Below are positions 28,746-38,091 of a stretch of DNA of 64,000 nt, one piece after another. The stretch comes from Armatimonadota bacterium (GTDB taxonomy: Bacteria; Armatimonadota; UBA5829; DTLH01). The notes under the pieces are model-generated. The model was not told where the DNA came from. It ran no database searches and was given only the letters and a program-made list of their open reading frames with translations. Made by a program: the position numbers and the translations under genes. The DNA lies in contig JBDKUN010000059.1 of assembly GCA_039679675.1 (NCBI GenBank), positions 32,001 to 96,000 on the forward strand, given 5' to 3'. Positions within the stretch are counted from its first letter, which is position 1, and each line of letters starts with the position of its first letter.

Positions 28746-30766
28746 GACGCACAACAGGCCCCGACATAAGTTATCCACTGTACCTCGCCGGTCTTGCGAC
28801 CATGTTATGCGCATTGACGGCGCTTAACTCAGTAGTATCCGACAACTCATTTACCATACTGAGCGGCACGCTCATGTGTTTGGGTTATATCACGAGCGTA
28901 ATCCTTAGGCGAGTCGGCTACAAAACCCGTATTATCGAGTTTGTAATCGTAATTGCAGCCGTGCTGGTCTATTTGCAGATAATCGGCGGCCGTGCGATCA
29001 TCCCCATGAATACAACCGGTTCTTCGGAGATGAGACTCGCATCGATGCTGCTATGGCTGGAAGTACTTAGGAGTTTTACTCTCGTCTCGGACGAAGCGGT
29101 TGTTTTTACATCAATTCCAGCCGTCGTCCTGATCAGCTTAACGGCGACAAATAACATAAACTCTGAGGTAATGGCGGCCTTTATAGTATATCTGATCCTG
29201 GCTACATTTACGCTGGCTCACCGGCCTGAGCAAAACAACAAGTCAGTCAAGCCGGGATTCAGGATGGCTATTGCTATTACAAGCCTCGCGATTGCAATTG
29301 GCTGCCTCGCCGTTATCCCGGTCAGATTAGCTTGTACGAAGGCGTTTGCCATTGCAATGCCTCAGTTTACACAACTCAGAGAACGCGCGGGAATGTCCGT
29401 CGATAGCGATTCGAGCATGCTGCAGATCTCCCAAGGGCCGGTTCACCTGTCCGATAAAGTTGTGATGTCCATCAAGTCTCGATCATTGAAAACGGGCAAA
29501 GCAGTCGGGGCATACTGGAGAAGCAAGGTTTTCGACCGCTACACAGGTCATGGCTGGCAATCAACCGCACAATTTACGACAATGGCGAGCGAAAGGATAG
29601 ATGAGCCGGGATACGATAAGGGTTGGAGCCGGTACAGCTTTATCCCAGCGGAACACGAAGAGTTGATAGAACAGGTTATATACCCGAGCTTCGCAATCGG
29701 AAGAGATGTGATCGCGGCAACTGAGCCGGTAACTATCGAAGGGCCGTTTTCCGAGCTAAAGCGTAACGATTTCAATTGCTGGCACAGCTATACCTCGATT
29801 GGCAGCTTATCAAGCTACCGGGTAATCTCCTCCATGCCAGTTACCGATCTGGAAAGATTAAGGAAAGCGTCGACCAACTACAGCAGCGATATCAGAACCT
29901 GCTTCCTGCAGACGACAACCAGTACATCAAAAGCCGGAGAACTGGCAAGAAAAATTACCCGTGGAATTAAAAATCCGTATGATAAGGCTGCTACCATCAG
30001 CAGATACCTTGGAGAACACTATACCTACGATCTGGATGCACCGCCAGCTCCGTCGGGACAAGATGCGGTCGATTATTTCCTTTTCAAGTCCAAGACCGGA
30101 TACTGTGATGTATTCGCCAGTGCAATGGTTGTGATGCTTAGGGAGACAGGTGTTCCGGCAAGGCTTGTGGCTGGATATGCGACCGGAGACTATGATGCGG
30201 ATTCGGGTATGTTCAAAATACGGGACAGAGACCGTCATGCCTGGGTGGAAGCCTACTTCCCGGACTGCGGATGGGCCACTTTTGATCCAACAGAACTGAC
30301 CAAAACGCGTTCAGAGAGCTTCTTGGGCCGGATATTCGCTATTTTCAACCGATTGTTGCGCGGTATATTGAGCGGGCCGATCATATTGCCGCTGATGGTT
30401 GCAGTGCTTATTATCAGCGCGTGTTTCGCATTTGCGCCGGACATAAAGAAACTCCGTCTGTTCAGAAAGCATTCCGGCCCCGGCAAGCTTCATACAGCTT
30501 TCGTGGCGAGATACGAATCGATCCTGAGAAGTATGAATGTCAGAAACAAATATCTAACTCCCAGCGAAGCAGCTGTTGCCGGAACAGAATGCGCGCCGGA
30601 AGCAAGCGCGATAGCTCTGAAAGCCGCAAATCTATTCGGGTATATACGCTACAGCGGGCGCGAGGTAACTGTTAGCGATATAAAGGAGCTTGAACATCTG
30701 CACAGGAAACTGCAAGCCGCTTTGAGGCTTGCAAATGGCAGCCAGTCTCACCTGAAGAATTGTTAA
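28742..30766 (+). CDS. Membrane transglutaminase-like protein (TgpA/DUF3488-type)
   Basis: N-terminal TM helices, YWR..FDRY.G..W, catalytic GYC..FAS, HAWVE, FDPT. Confidence 0.9.
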   Translation: MRRTTGPDISYPLYLAGLATMLCALTALNSVVSDNSFTILSGTLMCLGYITSVILRRVGYKTRIIEFVIVIAAVLVYLQIIGGRAIIPMNTTGSSEMRLASMLLWLEVLRSFTLVSDEAVVFTSIPAVVLISLTATNNINSEVMAAFIVYLILATFTLAHRPEQNNKSVKPGFRMAIAITSLAIAIGCLAVIPVRLACTKAFAIAMPQFTQLRERAGMSVDSDSSMLQISQGPVHLSDKVVMSIKSRSLKTGKAVGAYWRSKVFDRYTGHGWQSTAQFTTMASERIDEPGYDKGWSRYSFIPAEHEELIEQVIYPSFAIGRDVIAATEPVTIEGPFSELKRNDFNCWHSYTSIGSLSSYRVISSMPVTDLERLRKASTNYSSDIRTCFLQTTTSTSKAGELARKITRGIKNPYDKAATISRYLGEHYTYDLDAPPAPSGQDAVDYFLFKSKTGYCDVFASAMVVMLRETGVPARLVAGYATGDYDADSGMFKIRDRDRHAWVEAYFPDCGWATFDPTELTKTRSESFLGRIFAIFNRLLRGILSGPIILPLMVAVLIISACFAFAPDIKKLRLFRKHSGPGKLHTAFVARYESILRSMNVRNKYLTPSEAAVAGTECAPEASAIALKAANLFGYIRYSGREVTVSDIKELEHLHRKLQAALRLANGSQSHLKNC

Positions 30767-30840
30767 CCTTTTAGAATGGATTCCTCCGGAAGGAGCCCAC
30801 CGCTTTCTTCCGGAGGTTAAAACTTTGATACGGCCGGATC

Positions 30841-31047
30841 CTATTCCACCTGTCCCACACCAGCCATTACATCAGCCATGTTTGTATATTCCTGGTTAGG
30901 AAGTTGTTCCAGGATGTCTATGATTTCTTGTGGCGCATTATTATCCTCGGCATGGTTGACTAATTCGTCTTTGGATGCAGGAAAATCGATTCCTTCAAGA
31001 AAATTAGCGATATTTGCAGGCGACCTTCCGCCCATACCTCTCGACAT
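30841..31047 (-). CDS. DUF2795 small protein
   Basis: FLEGIDFPASKDELV..A..L..LP..Y..DV; GGAGGTG RBS before ATG 31047. Confidence 0.85.
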   Translation of the reverse strand: MSRGMGGRSPANIANFLEGIDFPASKDELVNHAEDNNAPQEIIDILEQLPNQEYTNMADVMAGVGQVE

Positions 31048-31185
31048 GCAAGACACCTCCTTTGCATTTTTCAGCAAGCGGCGCCGATCTTTGTTGTTAA
31101 TACCAACAAAAGCCGATAAATATGCCTGCCAAGCAATCTTAGGTGGTACAAGCAAAAGGAGCCCGATAAAATCAGACTCCTTCTA

Positions 31186-31371
31186 CTATGGATGCAATCT
31201 GTCCAGGAGTTCGCTGGGAATGCAGGCGCACCTAAACGATACGAATGATAATAGCGATTTGCTGACCTGCATTACCTGATCGAAGACATCCACCGGCACT
31301 TGAACGGAAACAACCTGCCCACTGCGGGGGAACACCAGGTCGACGGACCGTGTGAGCTGCATCCCATTCAC
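31186..31371 (-). CDS. Possible small hypothetical protein
   Basis: 61-aa ORF with purine-rich AAGGAAAGG upstream of GTG; no recognisable motif. Confidence 0.3.
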   Translation of the reverse strand: MNGMQLTRSVDLVFPRSGQVVSVQVPVDVFDQVMQVSKSLLSFVSFRCACIPSELLDRLHP

Positions 31372-31661
31372 CTGCCTTTCCTTTTTAAATTGTCAAATCC
31401 GGACTTATGCTTCAAATATCGGCATGTGCCGATCAACTCTTCAGTCGAAGAGACTACCTATAGATTTTCGGCTGATTAATTAACAACCAGTCATATATTG
31501 GTTGTTGCCGAAAATCCCCCGGAAGAGTTTCAGGTATAAGTGTAAAATCAACAGATATAGCTACATCAGAGAATTGTTTATATAGCTGTAAGGCTGTTAC
31601 TTTATCTCCTGAAACTCTGTAAGTCCGGTTATTAGACGAACTCACCGCCATCGATGTTCCC

Positions 31662-32717
31662 TCACCTTGGTGTCGTTTGCAGCGGCATTTGCAGCGGCTG
31701 TTGAGGCGCCATTTGCGGCGCCATTTGTGGTACCATTTGTGGTGATATGTGCATTGTCTCAACAATGAGCTTTTTCATCATTTCCTGTGTAGCTTGCTCT
31801 GACTGCGCCTCATCAATCTTCCACTTACCGTCTTCTAATACAGTCACCATTGGTATGCCAGCTTGTAATATCTTATCAATAAAATCCATTACGAGTTTCC
31901 GCGTCTCAGGGGTCATTGAGATGTCTCTTTTATATATTTCATTCTCGATTTTCTTGCATCCAGCGGGTAGGAACATAAAAGAAACAACAGCTCTCGTATT
32001 ACTGCTGCTGGTAACCTTTAAGGCATAGTCGACGCCTTCCTTTTCAGTAGTTCGCCCAAAACTTACGTGGCTATTATTTATTACACTGCCAATAATATCG
32101 AATGAACTGTAAGCATTGTTATTCTGAGATCCTTTTGTAAGACAATTCCGCATGGCCTTCTTATTACCGGAATCGGATGCTCGTATAAATGCCCTGACTA
32201 CACCTGCGGGGGTATTGTCCTCAGGTTTGTGGCTTTTCATATAAGCAAAGATTCCTCCACCTATGATCGCCAGAGCCAGTATAATAACAGCAATCATTGC
32301 TCCCGGTCCGGAGCTTTTCACCGGCTCAGGCCGTATGAACTCTTCGCGTCGGCGATATTGCTGCTGAGGAGGAGGGCCATAAGGTCCGGGTTGTGGTCCA
32401 TAAGGACTTGGCGGTTGCGGCCGTTGCCCGCCCAGTGGCTGTCCAACTACTGTTTGCTGATTTGCCTGCGGCGGCTGTCCGGTCGGAGGACCATTAAGCG
32501 GACCAGTTAAGGGACCTGTCAATGGGGTAGAGCCGCCCATGGGTTGTTGAGGCTGCACAGGCTGTATCGGTTGAGTTTTTTCAGGACCGGTCAGAGGTTG
32601 AGCGTTCAAAGGCCCAGGAGTTACGGTCGGTTGAACATTCGCAAGTGGTGCAAAGCAGTTATAACAAGCCGAACTATCAGGTCTGTTATCAGCACCGCAT
32701 TTCGGACACTTCTTCAT
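31662..32717 (-). CDS. Zinc-ribbon / Pro-Gln-rich / single-TM protein (paralog 3)
   Basis: N-terminus nearly identical to 15402..16334; VLEDGKWKI; C-terminal PQM(V/A) 12-bp tandem repeats. Confidence 0.78.
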   Translation of the reverse strand: MKKCPKCGADNRPDSSACYNCFAPLANVQPTVTPGPLNAQPLTGPEKTQPIQPVQPQQPMGGSTPLTGPLTGPLNGPPTGQPPQANQQTVVGQPLGGQRPQPPSPYGPQPGPYGPPPQQQYRRREEFIRPEPVKSSGPGAMIAVIILALAIIGGGIFAYMKSHKPEDNTPAGVVRAFIRASDSGNKKAMRNCLTKGSQNNNAYSSFDIIGSVINNSHVSFGRTTEKEGVDYALKVTSSSNTRAVVSFMFLPAGCKKIENEIYKRDISMTPETRKLVMDFIDKILQAGIPMVTVLEDGKWKIDEAQSEQATQEMMKKLIVETMHISPQMVPQMAPQMAPQQPLQMPLQTTPR

Positions 32718-32802
32718 GTCTGAATTCTCCTTAAGTATACATTTGGCGATGCGACGGACCGTAACTACCCGATGCCGTCATATTAAGCAATCATACTATT
32801 GA

Positions 32803-32831
32803 ATTATGACCAAATATTAGCAGACAGTCAA
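32803..32831 (-). promoter_or_regulatory. Sigma70-type promoter, conserved with the copy at 15286..15314
   Basis: Minus strand TTGACT-N17-CATAAT. Confidence 0.6.
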
Positions 32832-32962
32832 GAGGATTTTGTCGGCATTGCATAGAGTTGACACCAATAATCTACTGAATTACAATCAATTCAATGATTA
32901 GCAATGATCATGAATCGAGTAGTTAGTCTTGTCATTTTAAATGAGTTAAAAGGAGAAATGCC

Positions 32963-33925
32963 ATGAAACGCAAGATCATTTTCTTAATCATTGCTGTTAT
33001 GCCGTTTGTCTGCAGTATGCCGAATATCGGTTTTTGCGATCAAGACAATCAGATTCCTGATGAGGCAACCCTAATCCGGGCATTTGATATGGGAAGTACA
33101 TTTGCTGTTGTGGAAATGCTCGGAGAGCAGCATCTGGACAATGATGGTAGATATCGGATAAAGCTAAAAGTGAAAAAACTTCTTATTCCTGGGGATTTAT
33201 CGCTGCAGGATGTCAAAGACCCGATAGCCTGTTATAGTGGCATGTGGCATCCAAGGAATTACCCGCCAAAGGACGTTAATGACCCGAAGCCTCCGAAACC
33301 CGAACCGAATGAATTATTCAGCAATCTGATACCTGGCCATACCTATGCGCTGTTTTTCATTCGTGAATTTCAAAACGGGTTCGTCTGGTGTTTTAGGGAT
33401 AATTATTATGAAGTAAGCATAGCTGACCAGCAGGAAATGGCAAAACTCGAATCCTTGGCAGAACAAGCATATAAGTCTTCAACAGTAATAAAATTTCGGA
33501 GTGTTAAGCCGAAGGTAGATCATACGCTGCCAAATCTTGATGATCAACTCATCCAAACCTGTAATCGGTTCAGAGCAAATATCAGTAAAAGGTGCAGTGA
33601 AGGTGAAGCAATAGCAAGATCAGATCTCGGATCACGTGCAACAATGAGATCTCCAGTCTATTCCTATATATCATTTGACCCACCAAAAATTAAGCTCAGC
33701 CGCGGCCAAGTTCTGGGTCTTCTCGGCCAACCAACACAGAAAAACGGTTTTACCTACTCCTGGCACTGTGGTTTAGATCCCATTCCAGATGCCTGGAAAC
33801 TTAGCCCTACATGTGCAACTATCGACAGATCAAAACAGTATTACGGTGCATTGATCATTACATTCGATGCCGATGAAAATACTCATTACGTGGGTTATGC
33901 GATATCTTCAATGGATTCAAAATAG
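32963..33925 (+). CDS. Hypothetical exported protein
   Basis: 320-aa ORF with AAGGAG RBS and signal-peptide-like N-terminus. Confidence 0.7.
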   Translation: MKRKIIFLIIAVMPFVCSMPNIGFCDQDNQIPDEATLIRAFDMGSTFAVVEMLGEQHLDNDGRYRIKLKVKKLLIPGDLSLQDVKDPIACYSGMWHPRNYPPKDVNDPKPPKPEPNELFSNLIPGHTYALFFIREFQNGFVWCFRDNYYEVSIADQQEMAKLESLAEQAYKSSTVIKFRSVKPKVDHTLPNLDDQLIQTCNRFRANISKRCSEGEAIARSDLGSRATMRSPVYSYISFDPPKIKLSRGQVLGLLGQPTQKNGFTYSWHCGLDPIPDAWKLSPTCATIDRSKQYYGALIITFDADENTHYVGYAISSMDSK

Positions 33926-33990
33926 ACAACCTGGAATCTGTAGTAGGTAATTGGCCGGGTTTGCACCACCTATTCTCCGCACGCTTGTCC

Positions 33991-34019
33991 TTGACACTGT
34001 TCCTGGTGGATGGTAGGAT
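33991..34019 (+). promoter_or_regulatory. hrcA operon promoter
   Basis: TTGACA-N17-TAGGAT. Confidence 0.6.
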
Positions 34020-34067
34020 GAAACTTGGAAAATAGGCTTTTCCGGTAGTAATTCTGCAGGTAACAAG

Positions 34068-35129
34068 ATGAGCGCGCACTCAGAATCATTGGATAATCGA
34101 AAGCGAAAAATACTAAAAGCGGTGGTACATGAGCATGTAGAGACTGCCGAGCCTGTTGCATCGGAGTCTCTGGTACAGCACTATGACTTCGGCGTCAGGT
34201 CCGCAACTATCCGCAACGAAATGGCTGAGATGGCAGACATGGGTTATCTACGTCAGCCGCATACGTCTTCTGGCCGGGTTCCGTCGGACCTGGGCTATAG
34301 GTTCTATGTGGACCAGCTGATGGATGCTCCGCATCTGCCAATGAGCGATGCCGTAAAAGCAAAAGAAAGTCTTGCGTCTGCCGCTGTTGAGTTTGACCGT
34401 GCAATCAGCCAGACCTGCCGTATTCTCACAGGGCTTACGCGCTACACATCCATAGCAACACAGATAGTAGGCAAAGAGACGATTATCCGGCACATCAGCC
34501 TGTCAAGGATCACAGGCCGGAAACTGCTCCTTGTCGTCGTGCTTTCGGATGGTCGCGTTGAACACAGGATCGTCGATCCAGGTATTTCTGTTCAGGATAG
34601 AGATGTAATCCAGGTTTCGAACCTTCTTTCGTCGCATTTCTGCACAGCAAGCATAGGGGCTGTGCTTTCAGCCGATGATATTGACATTCCGCAGCCTGTA
34701 TCGCAATCTGCCGGTACTATCTATTCAAGAGCGAAATATGTGCTCAAGAATTTGGCTGAATCTTTGTCTTTTTCTGATACGAGTGTTCATATCGAAGGAA
34801 CTAACTACATCTTGTCTCAGCCCGAATTTCAGGATGTACTCAGGTTGACATCTATACTTTCAGCGCTCGAAGAGCGGACGCGGCTTTACCAACTTCTTTC
34901 CAGGCTGGTACTTGGGCCCGACGTTACGGTAATTGTGGGCGCTGAGAACCCATACAACGAGATGCAGGATACCAGCTTTGTAGCAGCAAGCTATAAGATC
35001 GGCGACAAGGTTGTCGGCACTATCGGAGTTATAGGCCCGACCAGGATGAACTATCGCCGCGCTGTAGCCGCTGTAGAAGTTATGGCGAGAAACTTGAGCA
35101 ATCTGCTCACCGATTTAAGCTTGAGCTGA
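34068..35129 (+). CDS. hrcA: Heat-inducible transcription repressor HrcA
   Basis: EPVAS, SATIRNEMA, QPHTSSGRVPS..GYRFYVD, GVIGPTRMNY. Confidence 0.96.
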   Translation: MSAHSESLDNRKRKILKAVVHEHVETAEPVASESLVQHYDFGVRSATIRNEMAEMADMGYLRQPHTSSGRVPSDLGYRFYVDQLMDAPHLPMSDAVKAKESLASAAVEFDRAISQTCRILTGLTRYTSIATQIVGKETIIRHISLSRITGRKLLLVVVLSDGRVEHRIVDPGISVQDRDVIQVSNLLSSHFCTASIGAVLSADDIDIPQPVSQSAGTIYSRAKYVLKNLAESLSFSDTSVHIEGTNYILSQPEFQDVLRLTSILSALEERTRLYQLLSRLVLGPDVTVIVGAENPYNEMQDTSFVAASYKIGDKVVGTIGVIGPTRMNYRRAVAAVEVMARNLSNLLTDLSLS

Positions 35130-35163
35130 TTCGCCAGTTAATATAGTATTCTGAGTATTTTTC

Positions 35164-35195
35164 ATGCTTCGGGACCGCAGTTCGCCCCGAAGCAC
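35164..35195. repeat. REP-like palindrome, family TGCTTCGGG..CCCGAAGCA
   Basis: atgcttcgggaccgcagttcgccccgaagcac. Confidence 0.7.
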
Positions 35196-35269
35196 GCATT
35201 CCACCATTTTTTGAAACTCTGAGTTGTTGGGTGCTGTTTACCGGCATCCATATTTTTATGAGAGGTACA

Positions 35270-36844
35270 ATGACGGATAACGTAAAGCAGGTCAGTAAAG
35301 GTGCGGAAGTCGATGAGCGTCTCGCCGCGCTTCTCGCAAACGCAGGAGCGATAAGGACTGTCGCTTCCGCTGTCGAAGGGACTATCGGCCCGAAAGGGCT
35401 GAACTGCATGCTCGTTGACAGGTTCGGCGATGTCATTATCACCAACGACGGAAGCGCAATTCTCGATAAGATAGATGTGACTCATCCGGCTTCCAGGATG
35501 CTCATCAACACGGCAAAAGCACAGGATGATGAGGTCGGAGACGGCACTACCACCGCTACATTGCTCGCGAGCGCGCTTGTGACAGAAGGCGCGAACCATG
35601 TGGCCCGCGGCGTGCCTGTGACTAAGGTTATCGACGGGCTGCAGCTTGGGGTCGCTTCTGCGCTTTCATTTATCAAGAACCAGGCGAAGCAGGTCGAAGG
35701 GTTCGACGACAAATGGCTCATCAAGACCGCACAGGTCTCTGCAAGAGGGCAAGAAGACCTGGCGGAGCTTGCCGTGAATGCAGCGAAACTCGTCGGGCGG
35801 GATAAGCTTGCTGAACCTGCATTCAAACTCTCGGATACTGTCGTGGCAAAAGAAGGTGCAGAAAACGAAGTCTTTTCCGGGCTCGTCATCGACAAGGAAC
35901 GAATTTCCAGGCAGATGCCGCTCTCCGTTGACGACGTAAAAGTCCTTGTAGTCGATGATGCCATAGAGCCGGAAAAAATAGAGGAAGACGCGCTTGCCAC
36001 TGAAGCAGGATTCTCCCGATATATGGCTCTCCAGGCTGAGTTTCATGCGAACCTGAAGAAAATAATTGAGCTCGGAGTTCGGTTTGTCGTGGCTGCGAAG
36101 TCTATTGATGACACAGCAGAGGAGATATTTACGGATGCCGGAATACTTGCGGTCAGACGGTTGTCGTCCAGAGATATAACCCGGCTTATAGACCACACCG
36201 GAGCACGCCCGATTAAGCGGTCAGGACTTAAAAAGGATGCTGCGGAGCTTGAAAAGTTTCTCGGCAAATGCGAGCGGGTATACGAAGATGAGCACCTGGG
36301 GCATATCCGTGTAATCGGAGGCGCGGGAAAGCCCGCAGCGACGATTCTGGTCGGCGCATCGACACAGGAAGTCAAGGAAGAGCGCGACAGGATCGCAAGA
36401 GACGCAGCTTCGGCGGTCCAGGCTGCAATACTCAGCGGTGTAGTTCCCGGCGGCGGCTCAATTGAGCTTGCAGCTGCCCGTAAAGTCGGTGAACTCCGTC
36501 AGGAAGTCCGTGGGATGGCCGCCTACGGAGTAGATTGCGTCGCTGAAGCCCTGAAACGGCCGCTTATGCAGATCGTGGCGAATGCGGGGTTCAATCCACT
36601 TGAAAAAGTGGAAGATGCTATCGCTGCTCAGTTAAAAGATAATAAATCGTCGCTTGCCGTTAACTGCGATACGGGTGAGATCGTCGATATGTTCGAACTC
36701 GGCGTCGTAGACCCTGCCAGAGTCAAAATTCATGCACTCAAGGCAGCGGGTGAAGTCGCGGAAGCGGTGCTGAGAATAAATATAATCATCAGAAAACGCG
36801 AGGACGGCACCGGGCAGAAACCCGATAGCCGTATGTCGGTGTGA
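35270..36844 (+). CDS. Thermosome-like TCP-1/cpn60 chaperonin (bacterial group III)
   Basis: GTIGPKG..MLVDRFGD..ITNDG..IL, HP..RMLI..AKAQD.EVGDGTTT, PGGG and GVVDP motifs; lies between hrcA and grpE; no groES; no GGM tail. Confidence 0.88.
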   Translation: MTDNVKQVSKGAEVDERLAALLANAGAIRTVASAVEGTIGPKGLNCMLVDRFGDVIITNDGSAILDKIDVTHPASRMLINTAKAQDDEVGDGTTTATLLASALVTEGANHVARGVPVTKVIDGLQLGVASALSFIKNQAKQVEGFDDKWLIKTAQVSARGQEDLAELAVNAAKLVGRDKLAEPAFKLSDTVVAKEGAENEVFSGLVIDKERISRQMPLSVDDVKVLVVDDAIEPEKIEEDALATEAGFSRYMALQAEFHANLKKIIELGVRFVVAAKSIDDTAEEIFTDAGILAVRRLSSRDITRLIDHTGARPIKRSGLKKDAAELEKFLGKCERVYEDEHLGHIRVIGGAGKPAATILVGASTQEVKEERDRIARDAASAVQAAILSGVVPGGGSIELAAARKVGELRQEVRGMAAYGVDCVAEALKRPLMQIVANAGFNPLEKVEDAIAAQLKDNKSSLAVNCDTGEIVDMFELGVVDPARVKIHALKAAGEVAEAVLRINIIIRKREDGTGQKPDSRMSV

Positions 36845-36852
36845 GGATAAAT

Positions 36853-37449
36853 ATGCGCAGGCAAAAAGATTACGACCAAAAAGAAGTCGAGATAGAAGTT
36901 GAAGAAACAGGCGGAGATGAAAGCCTTGAGCCGGAGGCTGAGGCGCTTGCGCCGTCTGTCGATGAGCTCCAGAATGAGATAGAACGTCTTAGAGCCGAGC
37001 TTAAAGAAGAGAAAAAGCGCGCGGACGAGGAACATGACCGTCACCTGAGGTCGCTCGCCGACTTCAGCAACTATAAAAGGCGGCATACAGAAGAGTACAA
37101 ACAGGCGATTCTGTGTGCGTCGCAGGAGTTGATACTAAAGATCCTTCCTGTCATCGACAACTTCCAGCGTGCGCTCGAAGCAGCTGAAAAAACGCAGAGC
37201 TTCGATGGTCTTTTGGAAGGTGTCCGCTTGACTCTCAAGCAGTTGGGAGATATTCTCGAACGAGAAGGAATCCAGCAGATCAAAGCCGCCGGTGAACAGT
37301 TTGATCCCACATATCATGAGGCTGTCATGCGGGTCGAGACTGACGAATACCCTGAAAATACAGTCATCGATGAGTTTCAACCAGGCTACACTCAACACGA
37401 CAAGGTAATTCGACCCGCAAAGGTGAGAGTGGCTGTTTTACCGGAGTAA
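36853..37449 (+). CDS. grpE: Nucleotide exchange factor GrpE
   Basis: ADFSNYKRR, LPVIDNF, FDPTYHEA, GY..HDKVIRPAKV. Confidence 0.95.
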   Translation: MRRQKDYDQKEVEIEVEETGGDESLEPEAEALAPSVDELQNEIERLRAELKEEKKRADEEHDRHLRSLADFSNYKRRHTEEYKQAILCASQELILKILPVIDNFQRALEAAEKTQSFDGLLEGVRLTLKQLGDILEREGIQQIKAAGEQFDPTYHEAVMRVETDEYPENTVIDEFQPGYTQHDKVIRPAKVRVAVLPE

Positions 37450-37485
37450 GACAGGTGCTTTAGTATTAGAAGGTCCAGATTAATC

Positions 37486-37518
37486 AGGGGGAATGGTAAT
37501 TTTTTACCATTCCCCCCT
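37486..37518. terminator. Hairpin terminator closing hrcA-cpn-grpE
   Basis: gggggaatggtaa...ttaccattccccc between convergent genes. Confidence 0.75.
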
Positions 37519-37520
37519 AT

Positions 37521-37823
37521 TTATTGATGTTTTGGCCTGATCCCCACATACGAAAGCAAAGTCCGGCCGTTATAGAAAATGTGTATTAATCCAAAGACCA
37601 AAATAAGGACCCCAGCCAATTTATGCAGCCCCTCCGGGAAAAATCCGCTCCTACCGTGTGATGTTGGTGCAGGTGCAGCAGCCTGACCGGCATTTACAGC
37701 AGAAGCTACCGCCGGCCTGCCTCTATGTCTTTCTTGTCCTTCGTGCCCAGACATCATAGACACCACTGTTACGAACATCGCGATAAAGCTGATCGCAAGA
37801 ATTACCGATGTTACTTTTCTCAT
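37521..37823 (-). CDS. Small two-TM membrane protein (DUF4405-like)
   Basis: LH..AG....LIHIFYN pattern. Confidence 0.6.
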   Translation of the reverse strand: MRKVTSVILAISFIAMFVTVVSMMSGHEGQERHRGRPAVASAVNAGQAAAPAPTSHGRSGFFPEGLHKLAGVLILVFGLIHIFYNGRTLLSYVGIRPKHQ

Positions 37824-38091
37824 AGCATTCGTTTTTCCTTGTCACAAGATTAATAAGGACTTGATGAAAGTCCCTCGACAGTTACGCATCCCCCAACCTA
37901 TCGCCATTACCCAATTATACAGGTTTTCTTGTACATCTGTAATAAAAAGCACATCCATATTTCCTGCTATTGCCTGTTACGCTAAAGAATATATGAGTAT
38001 ACTCCTATAATTAAGTCGTCATACAAATGCTTTTCACTATATTGTGAACATTTATCATCTATATTTAATCTTACTTGACCTGGAGTCAGTC

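Noticed and set aside
35270..36844. groEL
   Set aside because: No groES, no GGM tail, and the motifs are thermosome/group III-like.
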